NCBI RefSeq assembly: GCF_046119375.1
Contig: NW_027362768.1
Span: 80,910,001 to 80,974,000 of the forward strand
Source: Phyllobates terribilis
Lineage: Eukaryota
Direction: 5' to 3'
Length of the DNA: 64,000 bases
The notes beneath the pieces are model-generated. The model did no database searches. It worked only from the letters and a program-made list of their open reading frames with translations, and was not told the DNA's origin. Shown piece by piece: positions 35,026-47,249 of this stretch. The position numbers were made by a program, and so were the translations under genes. Each line of letters opens with the position of its first letter. Position 1 is the first letter of the stretch.

Positions 35026-36068
35026 TGTTCCAGCTTGCAGGTAAAACCTTTCCCCAATCACCTTATTCATGGGACTTTAAGAGGGCATTAGTCAATCTCC
35101 TTGAGATATTTCCACCACTCACCTAGAGGATTCCCTTGGTGACCTTTGGGGTGTTGTTTGGTGATTGTTTATTTTGTGCCACAGGTCTTCATTTATCTGG
35201 ATCAAATATAAGAACTACCTTTTAATTTATTCCTATGGGGGAAGAGGCTTTCAATAATGATTTTTACTTTTCGTGGTAATATTAATTTAATTCCTGCTCT
35301 GCAAGACTAAGAGGATTCTTGAGTTATTATACCTGAACCCGTTATGCATATTGGAACAACTTGTATATTGGTTGTTTTAAATGTTTTTAAAAGCCTTTTG
35401 CGATGTTTTGTCTGCTAAATGCTTAATAAAGATCTTTTGTATTTTTCTAAAATAATGTTAGTGCACAGCTTTTGTCTCTTGCCTTGCGTCTTTTCTCTCT
35501 TTAATAAGGCCATATATGAACACAGGTAATCCTAATATACTCAGCAATGGTAATTATTTATGGCCATGAGTGATTCAGCTATGGTATAACGTGATTGTCT
35601 CCGACTGATGGAAATGTGTTCGGGGTGTGCAAAATCACTCATACGCCTGAACAAAAACCTATAGCTGTCATGGATATTTTTTCCTGAAAGCCAAATTCTT
35701 CTGTTCCAGAATGATCTTTTAGGCTCAGTTCACAAAGTGTTTGCACTGTGTTCAGTGGCTCCGTCGGGGCTTATGTCCCAACCGCCGCAAAACAGCATTG
35801 GGGTGTATGCATCGTTGGGACCATTATATTGATGCAGACGGGGTCACAGTGTGCTCTGCTGTGCATCATTTTCGGCTGTACATGGTTGGTTGAGACGGGC
35901 AGCAACATATAGTTGACTATGCCTCCAGTTGTTGCTTTTTCAAGCCTTAAATGGCTTAATTGCTGATTGAGATAATTTTACTGACTGTGAAATCTACCAA
36001 GCAGCCTTGTTGAGGGCAGTTTTAATAACGTGAATATGTTCTTCAAAATCTTATTTTACAGTTGAGAA

Positions 36069-36647
36069 ATGGATCAAGCCCATGAAAATGACCTAAAACG
36101 CTGGATTTATACTAAGCCAAAACAGCACCCAAAGAGGAGTGAGGGTGAAGCCTTGAGATCATTAGCAGTGACTCCTCTGCTCCCCAGCTGCACGAGGTGC
36201 CAGGAATCCAGGATGAGAAGGAAAATTGTTACTCAGGATAATGCTAAGTCCAGTAGGCAATCAAAGCACGAAGTCGTGGAATACAGCTCTTTGGATCCAG
36301 ATTGTGACCTACACCCGCGGCCTAGTCGAATCTTTTCTTCGGAAGAAGCAACAAAAGTAATAAAGTCCATTTTAGATGGAGAGCTGCGAGATTGTACTTA
36401 TGAGGCCACAGAAAGCCAGAGGAGAGCAATGGAGCTTGCAGAGTTAGTGAAATCAGCTGTGAGGGACCTTGGGTATGAGAGGTACAAGCTTGTCTGTTAC
36501 ATAGTACTAGGTCCAGTATCAGGGGGGACCATGTACTGCTGCAGCAGAAGTGTGTGGAGTCCAAACTCTGATACATATGCGGAATATCTGTTCCAGAACC
36601 AGTCTCTCTTTGCACTATGCATTGTGTATGCCGGATATTATGAGTAA
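36069..36647 (+). CDS. Tctex-1 domain dynein light chain-like protein (DYNLT4/5-like), 192 aa, single coding exon
   Basis: C-terminal ~105 aa (F...VIKSIL..EL....YE......ELAELVKSAVRDLGYERYKLVC.IVLG...SRSVW...D.YAEY.FQN.SLFALC.VY..YYE*) fits the Tctex-1 fold. Splice acceptor ttattttacAG 7 nt before the ATG. Confidence 0.85.
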   Translation: MDQAHENDLKRWIYTKPKQHPKRSEGEALRSLAVTPLLPSCTRCQESRMRRKIVTQDNAKSSRQSKHEVVEYSSLDPDCDLHPRPSRIFSSEEATKVIKSILDGELRDCTYEATESQRRAMELAELVKSAVRDLGYERYKLVCYIVLGPVSGGTMYCCSRSVWSPNSDTYAEYLFQNQSLFALCIVYAGYYE

Positions 36648-37356
36648 GGGTTCATTCAGGTGACGGTATTTTCCATGTACGAGAAAAATGGACTAATCAG
36701 ACTTTGAGCAGAGTGGCATCAGTTTTTCTCGGGGAGAAAGGAAAGAAAAAGTTTCTCCGCCTTCTCCTTTCTGATAATCATGAAAATTGGGCCGCACTTG
36801 GATGGCATCCGAATGCGGTCCGATTTTACCACCAACCTATAGACTTGAATAGCCGATTTTGATCCGACCCCTGGAACAAAATTGGACATGTCTCCGATAT
36901 TTTCCACAGGCCACACAGACATGCAAGAAGAAGAAAAGGGGGTATTCCAGCTCCATTAAAATTTTTTACTTTATTTATAAATCCATTAATTGGTTGCATG
37001 TACTGCGTTCGAAACGCGTTGCACCACCTGCCCCCCCTTTTTCCTTGCCTATTTTGGGATGCGTCTATTTTAATGGATTTATAAATAAAGTTTAATTTTT
37101 TAATGGAGCTGGAATACCCCCTTTTCTTCTTCTTAAATGTTTCACGTCTGGTCAGGACAAACTTCTGTGCTCTGAACCTCTAAACCCCTACAGGTGAGCT
37201 GGCAATTTTCTTTCTAACTTACCACTCAGACATGTAAAAAGCCCCATAAAAAATCTGGACATGTAAACAGCCCCATAGAATATCATATATACAGGTTCTA
37301 TCTGGAAAAAAAACGGATAGAACTCGTACGAGAAAAACTGACATGTGAACGAGTCC
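36648..37356. mobile_element. PIF/Harbinger-like MITE starting right after the Tctex stop codon
   Basis: TAA|GGGTTCATTCAGGTGACGG ... GACATGTGAACGAGTCC|TA; interior typical of such MITEs; interrupted by the hairpin insert. Confidence 0.55.
36925..37225 (+). mobile_element. Penelope-type hairpin relic (~65-bp inverted arms plus tail)
   Basis: Arms 36925-36989 and 37069-37134 near-perfect; the loop contains CGAAACGCGTTG (hammerhead 3' half); the tail contains CAGGTGAG. Confidence 0.6.
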
Positions 37357-37559
37357 TACAGATGCAAAATGTATAATGCAATTTCATATATGCTAAGAGT
37401 TTAGGGGTTTAGTCAAACCACACAAAAAATGTATACCAGTGCTGTAGGAGAGAAAAAGCAGGACAGGAGAGCCTCATAGAGTAGTGCTGTCTGTTCTTGA
37501 ATGAAAATTTTGCTGGTAACAGATCAATAGCTTAACTGCTTCCCTTGTTCAGGTGTGCT

Positions 37560-38280
37560 GGATTGCATACATTTAGAAAAATGAATTTAGAAAAATACAT
37601 GGTGCCTACAGTGAAACATGGTGGTGGCAGTGGCCTTATGTAGGGCTACATGAGCGCTGCTGGTGTCGGGGAGCTACATTTCATTGATGATATCATAAAC
37701 TCACAGATGTACTGCAGTATATCAAAAGAGATGATGCTCCCATTATTCCATGCCTTTGAGAGATGTGCACTTTTCCAACATGACAATGATCCAAATCACA
37801 CATTTAAGGCCACTGTTGCATTTCTGAAGAAGAACAGAATGAAAGTGATTCAGTGGCCAATTATCTCCTGATCAGAACCCAATCGAATACCGATAACTAA
37901 TTCTGAAGAGACAAGGTGTCATCACTCTCCATCCAGCATCCAGGCTCTAAAAGAGGTCGTTATTGAAGAATGGAGAAGGATAGATGCTGCAATATGTGGC
38001 CAGCTTGTTCATTCCGTGCTTAGGAGACTTGGTGCTGTCCTTAACAATCATGGAGGTCATACAAAATCTTAGATGCAGCAGTTTTTGATGTTGGGTGTAT
38101 TCAATTTGGCATTAACTAATTTGAGTAAAACAGAAGATTTTGTAATGAAAATTATATTATCAACCTTACTTTCATATTATGGGTTAAAAAAATGTTCTGT
38201 GAAACTCAGTCTTGTCAAAATGTTGGAAGATGTTCTTATATTCAGTGAGATATTGATTAAAATTGTACTGAGTACTGTGT
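37560..38280 (+). mobile_element. Degenerate Tc1 DD34E fragment (3' half)
   Basis: PTVKHGGGS...FQHDNDPNHT...WP..SPD.NPIE with stops and frameshifts. Confidence 0.8.
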
Positions 38281-39229
38281 ATATGTTTATACATATTTAC
38301 ATCCTGCATCAAAATACCTTAATCCTTTACCCTTCTATCAAATTGAATACAACTGCACCATTGTCATACAAGAAAAATTGGCTCTAATTTATTTTATAGC
38401 TGCAATACCAGAGATCCTGATATTTTCAGGTTAAAATGATTGTCCAGAAGACTTTAATGCATTGCTCAAATAAAATAAAAGCTAAAAAATAAATGCAGAC
38501 TATAGCTACATAATACCTATTAGTTTCCCTTACTTTGCTGTTCCTAAGAATCCCCCCTAGTTACGCTGTATGCACTCAGATTGTGAACCCCCGGGGGACA
38601 GTATGTGATGCAAATATATTCTATGTATAATACCATATAGTAATAAGTACTACACGCATTATATCTAGGACTGACGCACCTGAATAAATTACATTAAATA
38701 CATTAATTAATTACGTTACGTTAATTAATTATTTATTAGGTTTATGGTTTATCATGATGGCAGAATAGCCAACAGTCTATAAATTCCAGGACAGTGTAAA
38801 TGAAGGGGAACTTCTTTCCTGTGTCCAAAAAAAAGAAATGGAAGCATCTATGATTTTTTTTTTATTCTTCATTTTCTATACAGTACATTGCATAGTAATT
38901 AATATAGTAAATGCTGGTAATGTGATCATATCTGTATTCTGTGCTGCAGACATAGATCACTTTCAATATATATATATATATATTTTACAGAAAATCTGGC
39001 ACACCATAACAAATATCAGATGTTTGTGATTTTTTTTTTATGAAAAGAAAAAAAAGGAATAATACAAAAATAATAAATAATAAAAAGAAAAAATAATCAT
39101 AAAAAAAAGAAAACTGTAATCACGTTGGCAACATCCATGAGGGATGAGCCAAACACAAAACTGTTTTCATGCAGTCGTAATTTGTACACATTTTAAAGGG
39201 AACCTGTCAGGACTCCTGACAGGAACCCT

Positions 39230-40800
39230 ATTGCGCAGGGACAACTCTTTTAGCCCTACTACCCAGGAACAGCTTTCTTAGCTCTAATACCCAGGGACAG
39301 CACTCTTTACCCTGCCACCCAGGGACAGCTCTATTAGCCCTAGCACCCAGGAACAGCTCTTTAGCCCCATCACCTAGGACAGCTCTCTTAGCCCTACTAC
39401 TCAGGGACAGCACTATTAGCCCTACTACTCAGGGACAACCCTCTTAGCCCTACTACCCAGGAACAGCTCTCTTAGCTCTACTGCCCAGGAACAGCTCTCT
39501 TAGCCCTACTACCCGGGGACGGCTCTTAGCCCTACTACCCAGGCACAACTCTCTTAGCCCTACTACCCAGGAACAGCTCTCTTTGCCCTACTGTTATGGT
39601 TGTGTAACAACTCATTCGGAAAAATAAATAACACACTAAAAACTGCAATTGACCCAGCTGGTTCCTGTACAGACTAGAGATTCTGACCCCACGGTCCTTA
39701 GGACTATTCCAACCCACATAGGAACCACTAACAACAGACTAGAAGATGGCACCTGAAAGGCCATCAAGCCCTTCACGTTTCTCCTAAGGAATCGAAGGGC
39801 AGAGCAGAGTGAGATTTACCTACAGAAGGGAAGGAGTGCTGAGATAGAAAGGGATCCCAGAGTGAGTTAAAACAAACCATGAAATACAAAATGAGAAGTA
39901 AGGTACACAGAGAGTATGACGCCTACTTCCTAAGCAAGAAACAGAAGATAGGTGCAGGGTGAAAAAGCGAAATCAGCAGAGAGGTAAACCCTAGCTGGTC
40001 TTTCAGTGACTGACATAAAAAAACGGCAGTATGGCTAGACATCCAAAAGAGAATATCACCCAAAGGAAACACCCATAGGGGGGAAGTATATATAACTGCT
40101 CCCGAAAGGTGATTGGGCAGACAAATGAATAAATGAAAACACCTGTTGACCTAAAAGACTAAACCAAGGATAACAGACAATATATACCCGGAGAAAAGAT
40201 GGGACTGCTGTGGCTAAGCGGATAGAGAAGTCGACCACAAAGCACAGGCTCAAGGATTTGAACCCAGACTATGACAACTAGCCCCCTTTCTGAGGGGCAA
40301 CTGGACCCACTGATCCCTAACTGCTGACAGAATTGCTGACAGAACTCTCTAACTAGGCGATCCGCATTAGAATCTACTAGAATCTGCCACTACCCAGGAA
40401 CAGCTCTCTCAGCCCTACTACAAAGGAACAGTTTCCTTAGCCCTACTACCCAGGAACAGCTCTCTTAGCCCTACTACCCAGGAACAGCTCTCTTAGCCCT
40501 ACTACCCAGGAACAGCTCTCTTAGCACTATTACCCAGGAACAGTTTTCGTAGCCCTACTACCCAGGAACAGCTCTCTTAGCACTATTACCCAGGAACAGT
40601 TTTCTTAGCCCTACTACCCAGGAACAGCTCTCTTAGCACTATTACCCAGGAACAGTTTTCTTAGCCCTACTACCCAGGAACAGCTCTCTTAGCACTATTA
40701 CCCAGGAACAGTATTCGTAGCCCTATTACCTAGGAACAGTTCTCTTAGCCCTACTACCTAGGAAAAGCTCTGTTAACCCTACTATCAGGGATAGCTCTCT
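39230..40800. repeat. ~29-bp minisatellite (CCAGGAACAGCTCTCTTAGCCCTACTAC)n split by an insertion at 39592-40389
   Basis: More than 20 head-to-tail units with no spacers. Confidence 0.92.
39592..40389. mobile_element. LTR-like fragment inserted in the minisatellite
   Basis: Starts TGTTATGG; non-repetitive 798 bp inside the array; possible CTAC duplication; 3' end atypical. Confidence 0.5.
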
Positions 40801-42768
40801 TATAGCCCCTGGACAGTCCGTGCTTTGCAGTCCATGCTCGTACCGTGTTGCATGGACGTCTGCATATAGTTATATAGGTTGAAAAAAGACCTAGGTCCAT
40901 CAAGTTTAACCTTCCTCCATAAGCCCTTATAATTATAAACGGCCCTTTGAAGGCGACCATATTGCTGATGTGACCCTGGATGAAAATGAGTTTGACACCC
41001 TTGCTCTAGAGGACTAGTAAACCTGCTGCCATGTAGTCCTTCATAACCCCACCCCTAGAACTGATTGCCAGCTTTCTGCCTATGCACAGTGTACACAGTA
41101 AGATTCAAATCATTGGTGTGGGGCGGGGTTATACAGCACTCAGCATTCACAGAACTTCTAGATCTGCAGCAGATAAAACAGTGATTGTATCAAAACTGCA
41201 GAAAGCACACCGATAAGTTACACATCGCTGGAATCAGGGTTTCTATCTCTCCATCATGCTGCTCTCAGATGGGGTAGCAAAAAGTTTGTGACAGATTTCT
41301 TTTAAGGTTTGATAATGTACTATTTAGCCTAGAGATGGTAATTGTCACCAGTTTTGTCATGTGATTGCTTTTTGTAGTTATGATTTATGGTACAGAATAA
41401 CAAACAACTACCAATCATCTTTACCAAACCTTTAATAACAATGTTTTTTTTTTTAAGAGAGGAAAATGCTAAAAATAAAGATTAAATAAAGGAAAACCCT
41501 TTTTAGTTGGTATATCCAAACCAAACGTATCAGGTATATTACTGTACAAGAAAAAATCTGAATACAATTCTTAGCATAGCTGCATGCTTTCCTGTTCTTA
41601 CCCCACTGTATATATTCATACTGTATATGATGTCACGGTGTATACCGCACTTTGTCAGACGCCGGTGACGTCCCACCTGTCACAGTATCTGGCCTCATGC
41701 TCTGAAGGTTATTTTCAGCTGGTCACGTGCCACATTCAGATGATGGGTGACATTCCTCATGTACAGACTAAGCACAAGGACTGCAGCAGGGACTTCTACT
41801 AGAGCATTTCCCATTATTGATTTGTATATTCCCCTGCCATTCTGGATTTCTGTGGATGACAGCATGTATCTCTGAGATGGTCTATTCAGCCCTTTTTCTA
41901 CAATTCTATTCTGAGTGTACAAGTTTTGGATATGGGAACGTCTCATTGAACAGGCTACAGTCATTAGGCAAATCTGGGTGAGTTACCTTTACAGATGACG
42001 ATTGCAATTGTCTCTATGTATGAACCATGTGGAGTAATAATGATTTGTGATGGGTGAGCACTAGAGTGCTCGGGTGCTTATTGCTCGGGTCGAGCAAATC
42101 GTAATGCTCGGGTGCTCGACTCAAGCAACAAGCCCAATGTAAGTCAATGGGAAACTTGAGCATTTTTCAGGCGGCTCCCCCCGGCGGTCTGCAGAGGACC
42201 TAAAAGTTGGCCAAATCGATGGAAACAGTGCTCAAATGATATGGGAATAGCATAGGCAAGACCCCTGGAAGTATCTCTGCATCCCAAGTCACTGCTGTGA
42301 ACAATGTTGTCAGAGTATTATGCCACTTTTACGGACTCATAATAAAACATACAAAAACAAAGCCAAAATGGATTTTAGTGGAAAAAAAGTTAAGGAAAAT
42401 TCTTTCCAGGGCAATGACTGTATATAAGGCAAAATAAATAACCAAAAACAAAAATGCTCCTCCACACCTTGGTCTATGTTCACACGTAGTGTTTTTGATG
42501 CTTTTTTGCACTTTTGCATTGCTTTGAACGGTGAAAAATACATTCACCAGTAAATGTAATTTTAACATTTTACTACCTTATCTGGCCATGTGGTGTGTGA
42601 GACATGATCAGACACATCCTGTTTCATTTATGAAGGAGTGACTGTGAAAGTCACAAAGCCTATTTTTACAATGCCATCAGGTACCCTTACTATTGTTAGA
42701 GGGCCAGCAGCTGTCCCTCATTATTGTTAGAGGGCCATCAGCTGGCTGTGCTTTGTTGTTCTCAGTAT

Positions 42769-43180
42769 TAAGGAGTGGGTCTCCTATACTGTTATTGCGC
42801 ATGCAGTGACTGCAAGGGCTGCCAAAAATTAGGACACACTCCAATACCTCTTTGAAGAGATGTAGAGGAGGGCCTCATTAAAAAAAATTCCCATTATAAA
42901 GGAGTGGGTCCCTATACTGTTATTGCGTATGCAGCAAGTTCAAGGGCTGCCAAAAATTAGGACGCATTCCAATACCCATTTGAAGAGACGTAGAGGAGGG
43001 CCTCATTAAAAAAATTGTTCCCATTATTAAGGAGTGGGTCTGCTATAGTGGTAATGCCCATGCAATGACTGTAATGGCTGCCCAAAATTTGGATGCACTC
43101 CAATGCCCCTTTGAAGAGACGTAGAGGAGGGCCTCATTCAAAAAATTGTTCCCATTGTTAAGGAGTGGGTCTCCTATACT
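42769..43180. repeat. ~130-bp tandem repeat (3+ units) in the hAT subterminal region
   Basis: Recurring AAGGAGTGGGTC...GGGCTGCC..AAATT.GGA...TTTGAAGAGA.GTAGAGGAGGGCCTCATT. Confidence 0.9.
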
Positions 43181-44642
43181 GGTAAAGCTGAAAAACATTT
43201 ACCCCTGAGGGGTATACATGAACCTACTGTATAACATACAGAATGTTAAAGGTAGACCTCTAAAAATATTACCAAAGGGCATCATAAACATGCTTAAAAA
43301 ATTATGTGGGTGTTGCATCACGGTCACCCTGATGATATGGTGGCGGAGGATGAGGAGAAGGAGGAGAACAACATAAAATAGATGAAATCCTGAAGCGTAT
43401 ACCCATGTCTGGGTGTGAAGAGGTGCATGGGAATAGACCCCACCCCCACAAAAAAACCCCACTGGATTTGACTTTATGTTCCGCTGCTATCATCCGGTGG
43501 TGTTGAGAAGTCTGGCCCAGTCCAGCTCTTGTTCATTTTGATAAGAGTCAGCCTGTCAGTATTTTCAGTTGACAGGCGGATGCACCTATCAGTTATAATG
43601 CCCCCGGGGCACTAAAAACCTGCTCTGACAGAATGCTAGCTGCAGGCCAAGCCAGGACCTCCAAGGCATAGAGAGCCAATTCATGCCACATGTCCAGCTT
43701 GGATACCAAATAATTATAAGGCACAGAGGAATCACGGAGGACGTTAGTACGGTCGGCAAGGTACTCCTTCAGCATCTTCCAAAACTTTTCCCTCCTTGTC
43801 AGAGTATCCCACGCATCAGAGTCTGGGCACTGGGAGGGTCTGAGAAAACTGTCCCACACCTTTGACAGTGTTCCCCTGCTTCTGCTGCATCGTATTTGTG
43901 TCTCCCTCGCCTGTACTCCTTGGTTGTCCAACAAACTGTCACCTCTGCCACCAGCGTTTTCAGATGGGAATTTTTGAAATAATTCTATAGCAAGGGCCTT
44001 ATGGTACTGCAACATTTTATTAGACCTCTCCGCATTGGGAAGGAGAGATAGAGAGTTTTCCTTGTAGCGTGGGTCTAGAAGTGTGACCAACCAGTAATTA
44101 GTGTTGCCCAAAATGTGTACAACACGAGGGTCACGGGAAAAGCAGCGGAACATAAAGTCAGTAATGTGTACCAGCCTGCCAACAGCCATGGCTTCCCTGT
44201 CCTGATCAAGAAGATGACTGTCCATGCTCCCCTCCTCCTCCTGGTCCTCCTTCTCGTTCTCCCTCTCCTCAGGCCATCCACGCTGAACAGACGGTATGAC
44301 TGTTGTGAGGGTAGTACCGTCTGTAGCACAGGAAAACAGCTCCTGTTCCTCCTCCTCCTCCTTCTCATTATCACCCAATCCGCATTGAGATGAGATGAGG
44401 CTGAGCTGTGTGGCATCACCCTGTATAGTTCCTTTCTCCATCTCACCGTGCTCCGCCTGCAATGCCTCCTCTTTAATTGTGAGCAGCGAGCGTTTCAGTA
44501 GACAGAGAAGCGGGATGGTGATACTAATTGTGGCGTCTTCTCCGCTCACCGTCTTGGTGGAGTTCTCAAAGTTCTGGAGGACAACACAGATGTCAGACAT
44601 CCATGCCCACTCATGAGCTCTTATGTGCGGAGGCTGACCTGA

Positions 44643-46337
44643 TGTCACGGGTGTGTCAGAAGTGTCAGACAGTCGCCATGCAGTTGGTTGCAGGAGATCT
44701 CTACGTTTGGCATTGCAGACAGCTTCTTAGATAAGAGGCTCTCTTTAGGACCGAGGGACTACCTCCCTCTTGATAATTAGCTCTGACGCGCCCCCTGGGC
44801 CATGGGGTACTCGGTAGCCAGGCCGGTCGTTGCTAGGGGAGATGTCACAGTGGCGGTGACCTGGTCCGTGACCCAGGGCGGTCAATAAATGGGGGCATTG
44901 GGAAAGGGGATTATAGTTTTATGAAATGTTCGTGACGCCACCTGTGGTATGCGGCTATATGGAGCCGCCGCTGCGGAGCAGGTCCTCTGGAGCTGATGCT
45001 AATGCAGCAGAGTTGGTTCAGCTTTCCACAGGTAGAGCTAAGCTCCAGGGCAGTGCGGTGATGGTAGATGATGAAGTAACTGTGGTTGTGCAATGTGGTG
45101 CAGGGGATGATGGCACAGCAATGATTCACAGAGACAGTGGGGTGCAGTCTTCAGGGTTTTTTATTCACGATTCTCACGTTGCTCCTGGTTACGACTGCAG
45201 TTCATAACCACCCACGACGTCCGGTGTTTACTCAGGGAGGGGTTCAGCAAACCGGTAACCGCAGATCTTGGCGGGCAACCTGAAGTTCCCTGGATCTTGT
45301 GTGGCTACCTTTTTGGCGATTAATTGCGGCTGTGGCAACTACACCCTGAAAATGTAGAAGCCTCCGGTTTCTAGTTGAATATTGCAATTCTTACTAGTTA
45401 GGGGCCGGTCCCCTTTGCGGCCTGATCCTTCCACTCCTGGTAGATTCGGGCGTACGGGTGGCTTCCAGCACGACCCGTACCCACAGGATCCTCTCTTTCC
45501 TTCTGGAGCCTTCCTTCTTGCTCCTCTCCTCTTCAGTCTGACCTCCTGGGCCTCTCTCACTCAGGCCCGCTCCTCCCTGAGCAGAGCTCGTGCAGATCTG
45601 CCCCCACTCCTCCTCAGACTAAGCACTCACTTCCAAGATTGTTTCCCCTTTTATATCCTCCTTCTGCCTGTGCTCCCCTAAACTACGTCCTTCACCCACA
45701 CCCACTACATAGTTCCACCCTCCAGCTAGGGACCAGGGACTGTGCTCTCCCTTAGGAGCAATCTCGCCCTGCCCCTACTGAAGTGGAATGTGTTGGATGC
45801 AGGTGTTTGGGTCCCGGGCAGTACTCCATCCTTACCTGAGAGTGAGATACCACACCTCTGGGTGAGATGCAGTACCTCTGTGGCGACTGAACCCACAGGG
45901 GCGCCACAGCTCTCTGGCCTGGGGGTATATATACCTGGTGTGTCTGAGAGGGAGTCGCCGGCTATATTCATTTCTACTTGTGAGGCTTAGCAAGAGCAGT
46001 ACTTCGTCCTCTCTGGAGCTTGAGGCTGCATATTTGAGGTGCATATTTGGAGTCATCTAAAGCTAAGCAATTTCCCCCTGTTTTGTCTTCCCTTGTTGTC
46101 TATAGTGTTTAGTGGAGGTTGACTAGTGCTCATCTCCTTCCATCCCTAGCTATAGACATGAGCCAGGGAAAGCAGGGCAAGGAACACATGCGGCAATTGC
46201 TGAAGAGGCCATATAGGGACGGTAGTTGACACAGGGTGACGCTAGACCAGACTAGGAGGTCGGCTCTTCCCCCTTTCCCTAGTGTCTGGGCTCCCTTTCC
46301 CTTTTCCCTCTGTATTGCACTAAATCCTGGCATGACA
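44643..46337. mobile_element. Solo LTR (~570 bp once the inner insert is removed) inside the hAT transposase
   Basis: TGTCACGG...CATGACA with 5-bp TSD CCTGA/TCTGA; removing it restores the hAT frame RRYSGQPP. Confidence 0.8.
44784..45908. mobile_element. Solo LTR, TGACGCGCCCC family (1125 bp)
   Basis: TG...GGGGCGCCACA with perfect 4-bp TSD GCTC. Confidence 0.88.
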
Positions 46338-47249
46338 TCTGAATACCGACGGGCGTGTTGAAGCTAGTACTCAACAACTGCCTTCTGCTGCTCACAAATC
46401 TTTCCCAACATATGCAACGTTGAGTTCCAACGCGTGGTGACATCGCACACCAGTCAGTGAGCTGTAAGCTGCAAACGCAGCTGAAGCACGGCGAGGGCGG
46501 TGGAACTTGTAGGTGACTTTCTGAAATGGGCACATACGTGGCGTACTTTGACAAGCAGCTCAGGCAGATCCGGGTAGGTTTTGAGAAACCGCAGAATCAT
46601 TAGGTTGAGCACATGGGCCAGGCATGGTACATGTGCGAGGTTGCCAAGCCTTAGAGACGCCACCAGGTTCCAGCCATTGTCACACACGACCATGCCTGGC
46701 TGTAGGTTCAGCGGTGACAGTCACAGATCTGCCTGCTCTGTTACAGCTGTGAACAACTCTGCAACGGTGTGCAGTTTGTCACCTAAGCACATTAGCTTCA
46801 GCGCAGCCTGTGGATGCTTGGCCGAGACAGTGATGCAGTGCTTCAAGGTTCCGACTGATGTGGTCATTTCGGAAATGGAGGCTGAAAAGGAGGAGGAGGA
46901 GGAGGTGCAGGAGCTGTAGAATGTGGAGGCAACCCTGACTGACCCAGGGCCCGCAATCCTCGACGTCGGGAGGACATGTTCTGTCCAAGGGTCTGACTGG
47001 GTCCCCGCTTCCACTATATTAACCCAGTGTGCTGTCAGTGAGATGTACCGTCCCTGGCCACAAGCACTTGTCCACGTGTCCGTGGTTAGGTGGACTTTCC
47101 CAGTCACTGTGTTGTTGTGGACAAATGCATAAGACGTCATAGTTGCTGCGGTGAAACGCATGCCGCATACCTCTGGGACACATGCAATGGCTGCCACTGA
47201 CTAGGACGGCTTATGCATTGGTCCACCTGGGATCCATAGAATTTGAGTC

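Larger units (their letters stand above)
32056..35505 (-). mobile_element. 5'-truncated Penelope-like retroelement with inverted pseudo-LTRs
   Basis: Arms 32056-32711 and 34851-35505 are ~655-bp inverted copies flanking RT and GIY-YIG remnants on the minus strand. Confidence 0.9.
39197..41301. mobile_element. TTAA-flanked (Kolobok/T2-like) MITE carrying a minisatellite and a nested LTR-like fragment
   Basis: TTAA|AGGGAACCTGTCA ... TGACAGATTTCT|TTAA. Confidence 0.5.
42044..47200 (-). mobile_element. hAT DNA transposon remnant with a disrupted transposase
   Basis: Minus-strand motifs VHLTTDTWTS, VCDNG..CLAHVLNL, CDVTTRWNST and SILSEQVFSA. Three nonsense codons. The 351-aa C-terminal ORF 43593-44648 is open. 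hAT-like terminus near 42044. Split by LTRs at 44643-46337. Confidence 0.88.

Noticed and set aside
39230-40800. 29-bp repeat array resembling a CRISPR array
   Set aside because: Units are head-to-tail with no unique spacers, there are no cas genes, and the context is eukaryotic; it is a minisatellite.
40864-40912. ATAGTTATATAGGTTGAAAAAAGAC...CCATCAAGTTTAACCT, resembling a reversed CR1 3' end
   Set aside because: Only about 50 bp and recognised from memory; not enough to annotate confidently.
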